Below, in pieces: positions 27,106 to 37,231 of a DNA stretch of 40,843 nt. The position numbers were made by a program, and so were the translations under genes. Each line of letters starts with the position of its first letter. Positions within the stretch are counted from its first letter, which is position 1. Where the stretch lies: NCBI GenBank assembly GCA_045863855.1, contig BTVV01000049.1, forward strand, positions 1 through 40,843. Reading direction: 5' to 3'. The notes beneath the pieces were generated by a model. The model was not told the DNA's origin, did no database searches, and was given only the letters and a program-made list of their open reading frames with translations. Source of the stretch: Planctomycetota bacterium. GTDB lineage: Bacteria > Planctomycetota > SZUA-567 > H5-PLA8.

Positions 27106-29193
27106 ATGAACTTCCTCAACTTTCTCGAGCCCCTGGGGCTGGCCGGACTGGCGGCGCTGGCGCCGATCGTCGCGCTCTATTTCCTGAAGCTACGCCGCGA
27201 AGAACGCGTCGTGCCGTCCACGCTGCTCTGGAAGAAGGTGATCAAGGACCTGCACGTCAACGCGCCCTTTCAGCGCCTGAAATACTCGCTGCTGCTGCTC
27301 CTGCAATTGTTGCTCGTCGCGTTTTTGGCCTTCGCGCTGGCGCGCCCGTTCCTGAATATGGCCGCCGATACCGGCACGTACACGGTGCTGCTGATCGATA
27401 CCTCCGCCAGCATGGCGACGCGCGACTGCGGCCCCGACGGGAAGCGCACCCGCCTGCAGCAGGCTCTCGAGGACGCCAAGCAGAAGATCGACGACATGGG
27501 ACGCATCGACGAGATGCGTATCGTCGCCTTCGACGAAGGGCCGCGCCAGATCGCGCCGTTCACCAACGACCGCTCATACCTCAAGAAGAAGTTGCTCGAG
27601 CTCGAGCCCCGCCACCTGCCCACGCAGCCGCAGGAGGCGTTTCAGACTGCTTTGGCCATGGCCGAAGAACGCCGCGGCGGTGAAGTCGTGGTGCTATCCG
27701 ACGGGAGTTTCGAGAAGCTGAGCTTGCAGCAATTGCTGGGCGAAGCGGTGGAAGGGACCAACACCGAAGAGGCGTCGATGGCGCGCCTGCGCAAGTTCCG
27801 CTTCGTGAAGTACGGCAAGGAGTACACCGACAACGTTGGCATCACCAACATCAGCGCGCGCACGCGGCTGGTCTCGCAGGGGACCGGCGCCGACCGCCTC
27901 GAACAGCTCGAGACGCAGCTTTTCGTGATGGTCGAGAATTACGCCATCGACGATGTGAAAGCGATTCTCACCATCTCCAGCGATACGGGTTCGTTCGCGC
28001 CGATGGTGAAGGTCGTGGACCTGAAAGCGCGCGTGCGCGGCGCGGAATCGCTCAACGCCGAGGCCACGGGCCGGACGATGGAAGACTCGCGCATCGCGCA
28101 GGCCTTCCGGCTCCCGCCCAACTACACAGGCGTCGTTACGGCCACGCTCAGCACCCAGAACGGCGAAGACAGCTTCGCGCTCGACAACATCGGGCGCGTG
28201 GTGGTGGGCGGCAGCGAAGGCATGCGCGTCCTGCTGATCACCAAAGCCAATTACTTCATCGAGAAGGTGCTGGTGGTGATGAAAGGCTGCACCGTAGCCA
28301 AGATGTCACCCGAAGACTTCGAAAAAGATTGGAGCCAGCGCGGCGCGCAATCGGTGGCCGAGTACGACGCGATCATCTTCGATGGCATCGCGCCTTCGCG
28401 CTGGGACGACGGCGGCGCGATCTTCCTGGGCGTTCTCCCGCCGCTGCCGGGATTCAAGGTCAAGACCGTCGATGCCGAAGCCGGCGCCGAACCCAAGCCG
28501 GTGAAGCTCGAATGGCCCAAGATCGTCGACTGGGACGTCGCGCATCCGGCGATGCGGTACGTCAATTTCGGAAACGTGCAGATCAAGGAAGTTCAGGGCT
28601 GGGAGATTCCCAAGACCTCCAGCGTGCTCGTCGAAGGCAGCGGCGGCCCGCTCATCGTGGCCACCGAGAGCGACCGCGTCAACGCGGTGGGCGTTGCGTT
28701 CGAACTGCTGGCCAGCGACTGGCCGTACCGCGCTTCGCTTCCTCTCTTTTTGCGCAATGCGGTGGGCTGGGTCAGCGAGGTCAGCCCGCGGCGGCGGCCG
28801 ATGGCGCAGCGCACGGGCGAAGTGCTGGTGCTCCCGCCCGTCGACGGCGCGCCCACCGCGACCCTCGCCTGGCCCGAAGGCGGACGCACGCTCGAAGTCG
28901 CGCTTTCGCCCACGTCCAAGAAGCCCGTGACCGGCATCGATACGATCGGGCTTTATCGGCTCACTGGCATCACCGGCGATCCACCCGAAGGCCGCATTTA
29001 CGCCGCGAACCTAGCCGATCCGCGCGAGTCGGACAACGTCGCGCGGGACGCGGTGCAGATCGGCGAAGAGTCGCTCGAAGCCACGCCCTCTGCCGTCGAA
29101 GGCAAGCGCGAAATCTGGCGCAACCTGGTCTTTGTCGCCGTCTGCCTGCTCCTGGCCGAATGGGCGATCTATCATCGGCGCGTGGGTATGTAA
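27106..29193 (+). CDS. BatA N-terminal domain plus VWA membrane protein
   Basis: LYFLKLRR...VPSTLLW, LLLLQLL...ALARP, IDTSASM, LSDG, C-terminal TM LLAEW..YHRR. Confidence 0.9.
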   Translation: MNFLNFLEPLGLAGLAALAPIVALYFLKLRREERVVPSTLLWKKVIKDLHVNAPFQRLKYSLLLLLQLLLVAFLAFALARPFLNMAADTGTYTVLLIDTSASMATRDCGPDGKRTRLQQALEDAKQKIDDMGRIDEMRIVAFDEGPRQIAPFTNDRSYLKKKLLELEPRHLPTQPQEAFQTALAMAEERRGGEVVVLSDGSFEKLSLQQLLGEAVEGTNTEEASMARLRKFRFVKYGKEYTDNVGITNISARTRLVSQGTGADRLEQLETQLFVMVENYAIDDVKAILTISSDTGSFAPMVKVVDLKARVRGAESLNAEATGRTMEDSRIAQAFRLPPNYTGVVTATLSTQNGEDSFALDNIGRVVVGGSEGMRVLLITKANYFIEKVLVVMKGCTVAKMSPEDFEKDWSQRGAQSVAEYDAIIFDGIAPSRWDDGGAIFLGVLPPLPGFKVKTVDAEAGAEPKPVKLEWPKIVDWDVAHPAMRYVNFGNVQIKEVQGWEIPKTSSVLVEGSGGPLIVATESDRVNAVGVAFELLASDWPYRASLPLFLRNAVGWVSEVSPRRRPMAQRTGEVLVLPPVDGAPTATLAWPEGGRTLEVALSPTSKKPVTGIDTIGLYRLTGITGDPPEGRIYAANLADPRESDNVARDAVQIGEESLEATPSAVEGKREIWRNLVFVAVCLLLAEWAIYHRRVGM

Positions 29194-29265
29194 CCATGCG
29201 GCGCGTTCAGTTCTCGTTGCTGGCCTTGAGCATAAAGTACCTTTTCAAGTCATCTGGCTGATCGA

Positions 29266-30483
29266 GTGGCGTCACCGCGCATCGAGGAAGACCCTTTGAA
29301 AACCGCCGTCCCGAAGAAACCTGCCGCAGACGAGACGCTCAACACCTTGGGCGCCTACGGGCCTTGGGCCGCGAAGCTGTTGGGCAATGGCCCGCCCGCG
29401 CTCTCGTTGCGCACGGGCCGATTCAGAAACTTGAATTCGTGGCGCAAGCAGGCACGCGCGAAGATGTGGGAGTTGCTTGCGCCGCCCGAGATGCCCAAGC
29501 CGCCTCGCCCGCGAATCGAAGCGCAAGGCACGTACGACGGTCTGGCTTGGGAGCAGCTTTCCTGGCAACTCCCGTGGGGGCCGCGCACCGAAGCGGTCTT
29601 CTTGAAGCCGGCCTCGGCGGGCCCGAAAGACCGCCTGCCCGGCATCCTGGCGCTGCACGATCACGGCGGGCGGAAGTATTTCGGATGGAAAAAGATCGCT
29701 CAAATCGATTCGAACCTGCATCCCATGATGCGTGCGCACCGCGACGAATGCTACGGCGGGCTCTCGTGGGCCAACGAGATCGCCAAGCGCGGGTACGCCG
29801 TGCTTTGCCACGATACGTTCCTCTTCGCCAGCCGCCGCGCGCGGGTAGCCGAGGTAAGTCCGCGCGTACGATACGAAGGCATCGATCCGGGCCCCGGCGA
29901 AATTCCCGGCGAGATTCAGCGCTACAACCAATGGGCCGGACAGCACGAACATATCGTCGCGAAGGCGCTCTTCAGCGCCGGGACGACGTGGCCGGGCGTT
30001 TACCTGCGCGAGGACCAGACGGCGCTCTCGATTCTCGCCGCGCGTAAGGACGTGAATGCTGCGCGCCTGGGCTGCGGCGGGCTTTCGGGCGGAGGCTTAC
30101 GCACCGTCTTCCTGGCCGGGATGGACCCGCGCATCGCTTCTTGCTTCTGCGCGGGCTTCTTCACGACTTGGCGCGATTTTGTCCTCCACAAGAACTGGAC
30201 ACACACCTGGATGACCTATGCGCCGCTAGTTCCCGGCCTGCTCGATTTCCCCGAGATTCTCGGCCTGCGCGCGCCTTCTCCGACGCTGGTGCTCAACACC
30301 GCGCAGGATCCGCTGTACACGCTTAGCGAAGTCAAACGCGCCGCGGCGATGCTGCGCGAGGTCTACAAGCGCGCGGGTGCGTCCGCGAACTACCGCTTCT
30401 CGCTTTACGACGGCGGGCACCAGCTCCATGCGCCGATGCAGGCCGAAGCCTTCGACTGGCTGGACCGCGGCCTGAAACCCTGA
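29266..30483 (+). CDS. Alpha/beta hydrolase (dienelactone hydrolase / acetyl esterase-like)
   Basis: LALHDHGG.KY.G, nucleophile elbow GLSGGG, DPLY, GGH. TTG at 29296 is an alternative start. Confidence 0.85.
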   Translation: MASPRIEEDPLKTAVPKKPAADETLNTLGAYGPWAAKLLGNGPPALSLRTGRFRNLNSWRKQARAKMWELLAPPEMPKPPRPRIEAQGTYDGLAWEQLSWQLPWGPRTEAVFLKPASAGPKDRLPGILALHDHGGRKYFGWKKIAQIDSNLHPMMRAHRDECYGGLSWANEIAKRGYAVLCHDTFLFASRRARVAEVSPRVRYEGIDPGPGEIPGEIQRYNQWAGQHEHIVAKALFSAGTTWPGVYLREDQTALSILAARKDVNAARLGCGGLSGGGLRTVFLAGMDPRIASCFCAGFFTTWRDFVLHKNWTHTWMTYAPLVPGLLDFPEILGLRAPSPTLVLNTAQDPLYTLSEVKRAAAMLREVYKRAGASANYRFSLYDGGHQLHAPMQAEAFDWLDRGLKP

Positions 30484-30651
30484 CGGTGTGGACGGCTTGT
30501 GGAAAACTCGCCCGCCGGTGTGGGCAACGCGTGAGCAAACCCGCCGCCGGCGTCACTTTCGCGCTTCTCGCGCGATCCGCTCTGGACATTCCTCCGCCCG
30601 CTGCCATGCTCCAATTCTTCACCTTGATTCCGTGTTCGGCAGGAGGAAGGC

Positions 30652-31350
30652 ATGCTTCGCTTTGGCGTATTCGTCCGCAATTTGATGCTCAAACCGGAAT
30701 TGAAGGCCGCGCTCGACGAACATCTCACCGACGAGGCCGACGTCGCGCCGGGGCAGCTGCGCAAGAAGGAAGAGTGGTATTACCTCACGTACCTGCGCGT
30801 GGTGAAGCTGCGCAACTTCGATCCGGTTCACTTCGAGCTCTCCGAGACCGAAGCCAGCACGGTGCGCGTCACCTCCTTCAAGCTCAAGAAGAACAAGCTT
30901 CTGGTCAACGGAAGCAAGACCGAGATCAAGGAGATCCAGGCGCTCCTGGAGGCCCTCGCGCTGCAAGTCAGTGGGAACGCGCCGGGCGCGGAGATCGACC
31001 ATACCGAGTACTTCAAACTCGAGGCGCCCGAAGTGGACCTGGGCAACATCCTGAAGCACTTCGAAGACAAGGGCCTCGTCGAGAACGTGCGCAAGCTGCG
31101 CATCAAGGACGTGCACGTGAAGCTGGGCAGCATCCGTAGCTGCATCGTGGACACCGACGACTACGGCGGCGTGCGCAAGCTGCTGGGTGAAGTGGACAAC
31201 AATGCGGTGGGTCTGGAGCTAAAGCTTCGCGATCCCGAGAAGACGTACCTGTATGTGGATATCGACGGGCAGGTCAAGGTCGCGACGGCGAGCGTGGACC
31301 TCGAGCTGGATGTCGGGACAATGGTCGAAGAGGTGGCCGTGCGGCTGTAG
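30652..31350 (+). CDS. Hypothetical soluble protein
   Basis: AGGAGG RBS, strongly host-like (C/G-ending) codon usage, 232 aa; no family recognised. Confidence 0.85.
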   Translation: MLRFGVFVRNLMLKPELKAALDEHLTDEADVAPGQLRKKEEWYYLTYLRVVKLRNFDPVHFELSETEASTVRVTSFKLKKNKLLVNGSKTEIKEIQALLEALALQVSGNAPGAEIDHTEYFKLEAPEVDLGNILKHFEDKGLVENVRKLRIKDVHVKLGSIRSCIVDTDDYGGVRKLLGEVDNNAVGLELKLRDPEKTYLYVDIDGQVKVATASVDLELDVGTMVEEVAVRL

Positions 31351-31376
31351 GCGGTGACCCTGCATGGACCAGCGTA

Positions 31377-31880
31377 ATGAATACGCAAAGCTTGTTGATT
31401 ACAGCCACCGTTGTCTCTATCGCCATTTCGCTTCTCGCTCTCAGCAGGCTGTGGGATACGCGCAAGAAATTGCAGTTCGAGCTTACGGATTTGATCGGAT
31501 TGTTGCTTAGTGTGGCCTGGAATCTGGCGTGCTTTACGGAGCTTTTTTCAAGAATCGGATTCGGCGGCGACGATATCGATGCGCTGGCTAGACCGGTCAT
31601 TCTTCTACTGCCCGCTGGATTTCTAATTGGAAGGAATAATCGGGAGAAACTGCGCCACGGTGCGCTGTTTTGGCGAGCGGTCGTGAGCTGGGCGGGGTTC
31701 GCTTTTCCCAGTGCAGCCGTTCCGGCAATGGTATTTCTGTTCGAGTTCGCGAGCGAGGATGGTGTACTTCGCAATGATCTCCTTGCCGCCATTGCATGGC
31801 TTGGGTTAGTGGTTCCCGTGCTGATTCATTTCTGGTTCTGGTCTATCGCGCAAGCGCGCAAAGACGACACGCCGCCCTAA
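31377..31880 (+). CDS. Hypothetical membrane protein (about 5 TM), atypical composition
   Basis: Hydrophobic 167-aa ORF, visibly AT-richer; its stop overlaps the convergent SDR stop. Confidence 0.65.
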   Translation: MNTQSLLITATVVSIAISLLALSRLWDTRKKLQFELTDLIGLLLSVAWNLACFTELFSRIGFGGDDIDALARPVILLLPAGFLIGRNNREKLRHGALFWRAVVSWAGFAFPSAAVPAMVFLFEFASEDGVLRNDLLAAIAWLGLVVPVLIHFWFWSIAQARKDDTPP

Positions 31881-32647
31881 ATTGCCGGCATCACCGTCCC
31901 GCCGCTCACCGGCACGAACGCCCCCGTCACGAAGCTTGCCAAGTCGCTCGCCAAAAAGGCCACCACGTTCGCGATCTCCTGGTCCGTCCCGCGCCGCCGC
32001 AGCGGCACGTTCTTCGAATACCCTTCGCTCACCTCAGTGCCCTTCTCGCGGTCCCGGTCGCTGATCGTCCAGCCCGGCGCGACCTGATTCACCGTGATCT
32101 GGTGCTCGCCGACTTCGCGCGCCAGTACCCGCAGCACCGCATCCATCCCGCGCTTCCCGCTCGTGTAGGCGCTCTGGTTCGGCGTAAGCTGCATCGCGCA
32201 CTCGGTGCTGATCCCGATGTAGCGCCCGCCTTTGCGCTCGATCATCGCCGGCACGAAGGCCTTGGCGAGGATCACGTTCTGGAGCACGCAGCTCCGGAAC
32301 TGGTCTTCGTAGTCGGCGAGATCTTCCTGCAGCACCGTCGTCCACGGGTGAATCTGCGAGACGGCGTTGGCGACGACGATGTGCGGCGCGCCCAGCGCCT
32401 TCACGACCGCGTCGCGCATGGCGAAGATCGAATCCTTGCTGGAGATCTCGGCCTGCACGGCGACGGCCCGGCGGCCCAGCTTTTCCAGTTCGGAGCAGAC
32501 CGTCCGCGCCTGCGCTTCGTTCCCGCGGTAGTGCACGGCCACGTCCGCGCCGGCCTTGGCCAGCGTGCGGGCCATCACGCGCCCCAACTGCCCCGTCGCG
32601 CCGGTCACCAGCGCGACTTTCCCGCTCAGATCGATCTCGACGGACAT
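31877..32647 (-). CDS. Short-chain dehydrogenase/reductase
   Basis: VALVTGATGQLG, VVANA, YTSGK (YxxxK), ITVNQVAPG, FLASD.ASFVTG. Confidence 0.93.
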   Translation of the reverse strand: MSVEIDLSGKVALVTGATGQLGRVMARTLAKAGADVAVHYRGNEAQARTVCSELEKLGRRAVAVQAEISSKDSIFAMRDAVVKALGAPHIVVANAVSQIHPWTTVLQEDLADYEDQFRSCVLQNVILAKAFVPAMIERKGGRYIGISTECAMQLTPNQSAYTSGKRGMDAVLRVLAREVGEHQITVNQVAPGWTISDRDREKGTEVSEGYSKNVPLRRRGTDQEIANVVAFLASDLASFVTGAFVPVSGGTVMPAI

Positions 32648-32681
32648 GCCGTTCGTTCTCCCGCTTTCGGTTCGGCCGCGC

Positions 32682-33227
32682 TTACGGCCCGCTTTGCCGC
32701 GGCGGCGGCGCTTCGATCGGTGGATCGTCCAGCCGCTGCGCCTGGAAACCTTCGTAGCCCTGCAGTTCCCATTGCGGCGCCTGCTTGTAGAAGAAAACGT
32801 TGAGCCGGTCCAGCGATTCCTCCGTGTGCTTGGCCTCGCGCTGGATATGCAGCCAGTGAAAATCGTACTTCTCGTCCTTGAAGATGCGCACGACCTCGTA
32901 CCCCTGCGCGGCCAGACGGCTGCCGGCTTCGGTCAGCTTGTCTTTGCTCCCGGCGGTGAAGAAGAACGACCAGCGCAGCGGTCCGCCCACGTCCAGGCCC
33001 TGCTCTTTCATGCGCGCGAAGAGGTCTTCGATCTGCCCGCGCGTGATCCACGGGATCTCGTCGGGCTTCGGCGGCGGCGGCACGTCGGACGATTTAGCGG
33101 TCTTAGCCTCGGGTTTGGGTGGCTGGTACGGGAGCGGCTGCGAAGCCTGTGGCTTCTCGGCGTTGCCGCAGCCGGCCAGGAGCAGCAGCGCCATGGCCGA
33201 AACTCGAGTCTGGAGTCTTAGGTTCAC
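32682..33227 (-). CDS. Lipoprotein with RraB-like (RNase E inhibitor family) domain
   Basis: GTG at 33227 after AGGAG; lipobox LLAGC; Pro-rich linker; G.D...P..W.FFF...L...GY.V...WL...HT..SL...YEG pattern recalled from RraB-like proteins. Confidence 0.72.
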   Translation of the reverse strand: MNLRLQTRVSAMALLLLAGCGNAEKPQASQPLPYQPPKPEAKTAKSSDVPPPPKPDEIPWITRGQIEDLFARMKEQGLDVGGPLRWSFFFTAGSKDKLTEAGSRLAAQGYEVVRIFKDEKYDFHWLHIQREAKHTEESLDRLNVFFYKQAPQWELQGYEGFQAQRLDDPPIEAPPPRQSGP

Positions 33228-33354
33228 GCCGATTCTCCTGCCGCGCTTCGATTCGGAGTAGTACCTTGAGCGCGCATGGTTCGGACAGCTTAACGCGCCC
33301 GGCACGGGAGGGCAGGGGAGATAGGCGGCTCTCGTTCGAGCGCCGCCCAAAGAA

Positions 33355-33382
33355 CGAGGGCTTCGCTTGCGCGAAGCCCTCG
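33355..33382 (-). terminator. Intrinsic terminator after rpoD
   Basis: CGAGGGCTTCGC-4 nt-GCGAAGCCCTCG perfect 12-bp stem, followed by TTCTTT on the minus strand. Confidence 0.8.
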
Positions 33383-33420
33383 CATGGAACGTCGAGACGC
33401 CGCGACACGCGGCCGCCGCT

Positions 33421-35091
33421 TTACGGCGTCGGCTGCAGGTTCTCTTCCAGGAACCCTTCCAGCTTGCGGCTGCGGACGGGGTGCTGAAGCTTGCGCAGCG
33501 CCTTGGCTTCGATCTGCCGGACGCGTTCGCGCGTGACCTTGAACTTGCGGCCCACTTCTTCGAGCGTGTAGGTGTAGCCGTCGCCCAAGCCGTAGCGGAG
33601 CTTGATGATCTCGCGCTCGCGGTAGGTGAGTGTGCCCAGCACCTGCTCGATCTTGTCCTTCAGCATCTCGTAGCTGGCCACGCTGACCGGCGACTCGACG
33701 CTCTTGTCCTCGATGAAGTCCCCGAAGAAGCTGTCCTCGCTGTCGCCGATGGGGCGGTCGAGACTGATGGGGTGCTTTCCGATCTTGAGGATGCGGCGGA
33801 CTTCCGGCGCGGAGAGTTCGGCTTCCTTAGCCAGTTCGTCCACTGTCGGCTCGCGGTGCAGGCGTTGCACGAGCTGCTTGTTGATCTTGCGCAGCTTGCT
33901 CATCGTTTCGATCATGTGCACCGGAATGCGGATGGTGCGCGCCTGATCGGCGATGGCCCGCGTGATGGCCTGCCGGATCCACCACGTCGCGTAGGTGCTG
34001 AACTTGTAGCCGCGCTGGTATTCGTACTTCTCGACGGCTTTCATCAGGCCCGTGTTGCCTTCCTGGATCAAGTCGAGGAAGGAGAGCCCGCGGTGGCGGT
34101 ACTTCTTGGCGATGCTGACGACCAGGCGCAGGTTGCCGGCGCTCAGCTCCTTCTTCGCCGCCTCGTAGGACCGATAGCGCTTGTCCATCAGGTCCACGCG
34201 CAGGAAGAGCTGCTTGGGCATCTCGCGCACGACTTCGACGATCCGGTTCACCCGGCGCTGCAGGCGCTGGAACTTCTCCTTCTTGTCCGGCAGGTCGTGG
34301 ATGCGGTCCATCTCGTCGGTGTAGCTGTGCAGTTGCTTGGAGTAGTCGCGCAGGCTCTGCATGAGCGGCAGGAGTTTCTTAGTGCGAAGCCCCAGTTCTT
34401 CGATCAATTTCGCGGCGTTGGCCCGGCGCTGCTTCAGCGCCAGTTCCAGCAGCGCGCGCTTGTCCGCCGGCGGGCGCCCGTCGCGCAGCAGCAGCAGGTC
34501 TTCCTCGTTGCGCTTCAGGATCGCCCGCAGCGTCTGCAGGTGCCCTTCCTTGCGCTCGAAGATGTCGTCGCGCTCCACGCCGCTCGAACCGCTCGTCTGC
34601 ACCGTCCGGTCGAAAGCCAAGTCCGCGCGATTCAGCGCGTCGAAGATCTCCACCGTCTTCAGGATCACGAAGTCGCTGGTCAGCACCTTGCGCCGGAAGC
34701 CGTTGTTCATCAGCTCGATGGTCTTGGCGAGCTTGATTTCCTGGTCGCGCGTCAGCAGCGGGATCGAACCCATCTGGCTGAGGTACATCCGCACGGGGTC
34801 GTGCAGTTCGCGGCCTTCCAGCTCCTCGGACTGCTTCGCGGTCTTCTCTTTGCGCTTGCGGCGCGACTTCGTGGCGCCCAGCTTGCCCTGGACTTCCTTG
34901 TCGCTGCCCAGTTCGATCCCGTGCTCGTCCAGCCGCAGCAGCACCTGGTCGATCATCTCGGGGGACTGAATCTCCGGCGGCAGGTTCTTGTCGAGGTCCT
35001 CGTACGTGACCGCGCCCATTTCCTTAAGGCGGTCGATCAGTTCCTCAACCTTCACTTCGTGCTCGGCCGTCATCGCCAACTGCTTAATCAA
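33421..35091 (-). CDS. rpoD: RNA polymerase primary sigma factor
   Basis: [66 protein letters not shown]. Start chosen at TTG 35091 after GGAGG (alternatives 35073, 35139). Confidence 0.97.
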   Translation of the reverse strand: MIKQLAMTAEHEVKVEELIDRLKEMGAVTYEDLDKNLPPEIQSPEMIDQVLLRLDEHGIELGSDKEVQGKLGATKSRRKRKEKTAKQSEELEGRELHDPVRMYLSQMGSIPLLTRDQEIKLAKTIELMNNGFRRKVLTSDFVILKTVEIFDALNRADLAFDRTVQTSGSSGVERDDIFERKEGHLQTLRAILKRNEEDLLLLRDGRPPADKRALLELALKQRRANAAKLIEELGLRTKKLLPLMQSLRDYSKQLHSYTDEMDRIHDLPDKKEKFQRLQRRVNRIVEVVREMPKQLFLRVDLMDKRYRSYEAAKKELSAGNLRLVVSIAKKYRHRGLSFLDLIQEGNTGLMKAVEKYEYQRGYKFSTYATWWIRQAITRAIADQARTIRIPVHMIETMSKLRKINKQLVQRLHREPTVDELAKEAELSAPEVRRILKIGKHPISLDRPIGDSEDSFFGDFIEDKSVESPVSVASYEMLKDKIEQVLGTLTYREREIIKLRYGLGDGYTYTLEEVGRKFKVTRERVRQIEAKALRKLQHPVRSRKLEGFLEENLQPTP

Positions 35092-35221
35092 GGGTGTGCC
35101 TCCTGCCTGCCGAATCTGGGCTATTATTAAGGAGCCCATGTCTAACGTGGGGAAGCATTAAAGCAAGACCCCACTTGTGCAAAACCATGCGCGGCTCTGC
35201 CGGTTTTTGTTAGGGTTGCGC

Positions 35222-37120
35222 TCATCCTGAGCGCTTGGCCGACAGCAACGCCACGCGCAGTTCGGTCACCCGCGCCATGGCTGCTTCCGTCAGCTCCGCA
35301 TTCCCTCGGGCCCGCGCCGCCGCTTCGGCTCGCTTGGCCGCTTCCAATTCCCGCTCCAACTGCGCCTGTTTCAAAGCACGCAACCTGATCCGAAACGCTT
35401 CATCGGGTTTCAGGCGCTTATGCTCCGGACCTTCCTCGGCCAACGCCATGCACAGCCGCTGCGCGGCGCGCAAGGACGCTTCTGCATCGTCCGGATGCAC
35501 GCCCTCTTCTGCGGACAGCCGATCAAGCACTTCACGTGCCACCGTTCCGGCCGGGCTGCGCTCCGGATCGCTCAGCAGCACCGGGTCGGGCGGGAGCTTC
35601 CCGGCGTCCAGGGCGCTCCAAATGGCGCGTCCAATAAGCCGTTCTGGCGTACCCGCCAGATTGACCAGATCGGTCTCCTGCAAGATTTGCTCCAGCCACG
35701 CCGGTTCGTGGAAGACCCAGCGCAGCAGTTCGCGTTCGGCATGGGCCAGCGCGTGTTCCGGCGCGGGCGTGCCCACGGCCGGTTTGGCTTCGACCCGGTC
35801 GTCGCGCGAAGGCGCCGTACGCTGCGCATCGAAGGCCAGTGCTTGTTCGGGCAGGTTCAAACGTGCCGAGACTTCGCGGCGAAACGCCGCACGCCGCAGC
35901 GGATCGGGCGCCTGCGAGACCAGCGCCATCAGTTCTTGCGCCGCGCGCACTTGCCCGTTCGACGAACCCAGGTCGTGCCGCGCCGTGATGCGCGCGAACT
36001 TGTACTCGAACAACGGGACGCCCGCCGCCACCTGCGCTTCAAAGGCCTCGCGCCCGTGCGCCTGAAGGAACTCGCACGGATCTTTGCTCGCGCCGTCGTC
36101 CGAAAGCCGCGCGATCGAAGCGGGCATGTCTTCCTGGAAAAGCATCTCCAGGCAGCGCTCCGCCGCCGTCGCTCCGGCTTCGTCGGCGTCGGTGAGGATC
36201 GTCAGTTCGTCGGCTAGCCGGCGCAGCCGCCGGACGTGATCTGCCGTCACGGCCGTGCCCAGACAGGCGACGACATTCGTCAAGCCGTACTGGTGGCACA
36301 TGATCACGTCCGTGTACCCCTCGACCAAAATCGCCCGGCGCGAATCGACGATCGACTCCCGCGCCTGCGGCAGCGCGTAGATCGTGCGGCTCTTCTCGAA
36401 GAGCGGCGTCTCGCGCGTATTCAGGTACTTTGGCTGCCCGTCGCCCAGGATTCGCCCGCCGAAGCCGATCACGCGCCCCTGGCTGTCGGCGATCGGGAAC
36501 ATTAACCGCTCTCTAAAGTAATCGTACGGCGATCCGTCCTCGCGCAGCCCAATCAGTCCGGCGCGTTCTAACGCCTTCAGCGGCGCCTTCTGTGCCTGTA
36601 ACCGCTTTAATACCGGACTTCCCTGTGCCGGCGCGTAGCCCAGTCCGAAACGCTCCCACATCTCTTCCGCGATGCCGCGGGCCTTCAGGTATTCCCGCGC
36701 CGCCGCGCCTTCCGGACCTTGAAGCTGCTCGCGATACACCGCCGCCGCCCCTTGGTTCAGGCGATAGAGGTAGCTTTTCCAGTCCGTCTCCTTTTTGTAG
36801 CGTTCCGCCGAACCCGGCTCGACTTCCACCGGAATCCCCGCCCGGTCGGCCAGGATCCGAAGCGCCTCGGGAAACTCCACGCCCTCGATCTTCATCACGA
36901 AGCTGAAGCAATCGCCGCCTTCTCCGCACCCGAAGCACTTGAAGCACATAATCTCGGGATTCACGTTGAAGGAAGGCGTCTTCTCCTGGTGGAACGGGCA
37001 GCAGGCTTTCCAACTCCGGCCGGTGCGGCGAAGGTCGACGCCGTAGCTCTGCACGATGGCCACCAGATCGCTGGCCTCGCGCACGCGGCGTTTGACATCC
37101 TCGGCAAATAGCCCCGGCAT
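35222..37120 (-). CDS. dnaG: DNA primase
   Basis: CPFH.EKTPSF...CFGC zinc finger, RLMFPI, GFGGR, KYLN, VEGYTDV, DADEAG, KDP; start at MPGLF (37120). Confidence 0.96.
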   Translation of the reverse strand: MPGLFAEDVKRRVREASDLVAIVQSYGVDLRRTGRSWKACCPFHQEKTPSFNVNPEIMCFKCFGCGEGGDCFSFVMKIEGVEFPEALRILADRAGIPVEVEPGSAERYKKETDWKSYLYRLNQGAAAVYREQLQGPEGAAAREYLKARGIAEEMWERFGLGYAPAQGSPVLKRLQAQKAPLKALERAGLIGLREDGSPYDYFRERLMFPIADSQGRVIGFGGRILGDGQPKYLNTRETPLFEKSRTIYALPQARESIVDSRRAILVEGYTDVIMCHQYGLTNVVACLGTAVTADHVRRLRRLADELTILTDADEAGATAAERCLEMLFQEDMPASIARLSDDGASKDPCEFLQAHGREAFEAQVAAGVPLFEYKFARITARHDLGSSNGQVRAAQELMALVSQAPDPLRRAAFRREVSARLNLPEQALAFDAQRTAPSRDDRVEAKPAVGTPAPEHALAHAERELLRWVFHEPAWLEQILQETDLVNLAGTPERLIGRAIWSALDAGKLPPDPVLLSDPERSPAGTVAREVLDRLSAEEGVHPDDAEASLRAAQRLCMALAEEGPEHKRLKPDEAFRIRLRALKQAQLERELEAAKRAEAAARARGNAELTEAAMARVTELRVALLSAKRSG

Positions 37121-37183
37121 CCCGCGCGCTCCGTACCTGCCTCTACGTATTACACGTCCAGCCAAGACCATAGCGGTCCGGCT

Positions 37184-37216
37184 GAAAAAAAATCAGCGCC
37201 CGCACGCCCGGTGCGG
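37184..37216 (-). terminator. Terminator-like hairpin and U-run between the RNA candidate and dnaG
   Basis: Minus strand CCGCAC-CGGGC-GTGCGG, then GCGCTGA and eight T. Confidence 0.5.
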
Positions 37217-37231
37217 TCTTTCTGGCGGAAC

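Noticed and set aside
30487..30650. oriC call
   Set aside because: Boxes are degenerate, there is no AT-rich unwinding element, and no dnaA/dnaN is nearby.
35146..35185. GTGGGG/CCCCAC dyad and a single DnaA-box-like TGTGCAAAA upstream of rpoD
   Set aside because: Short, isolated matches expected by chance.
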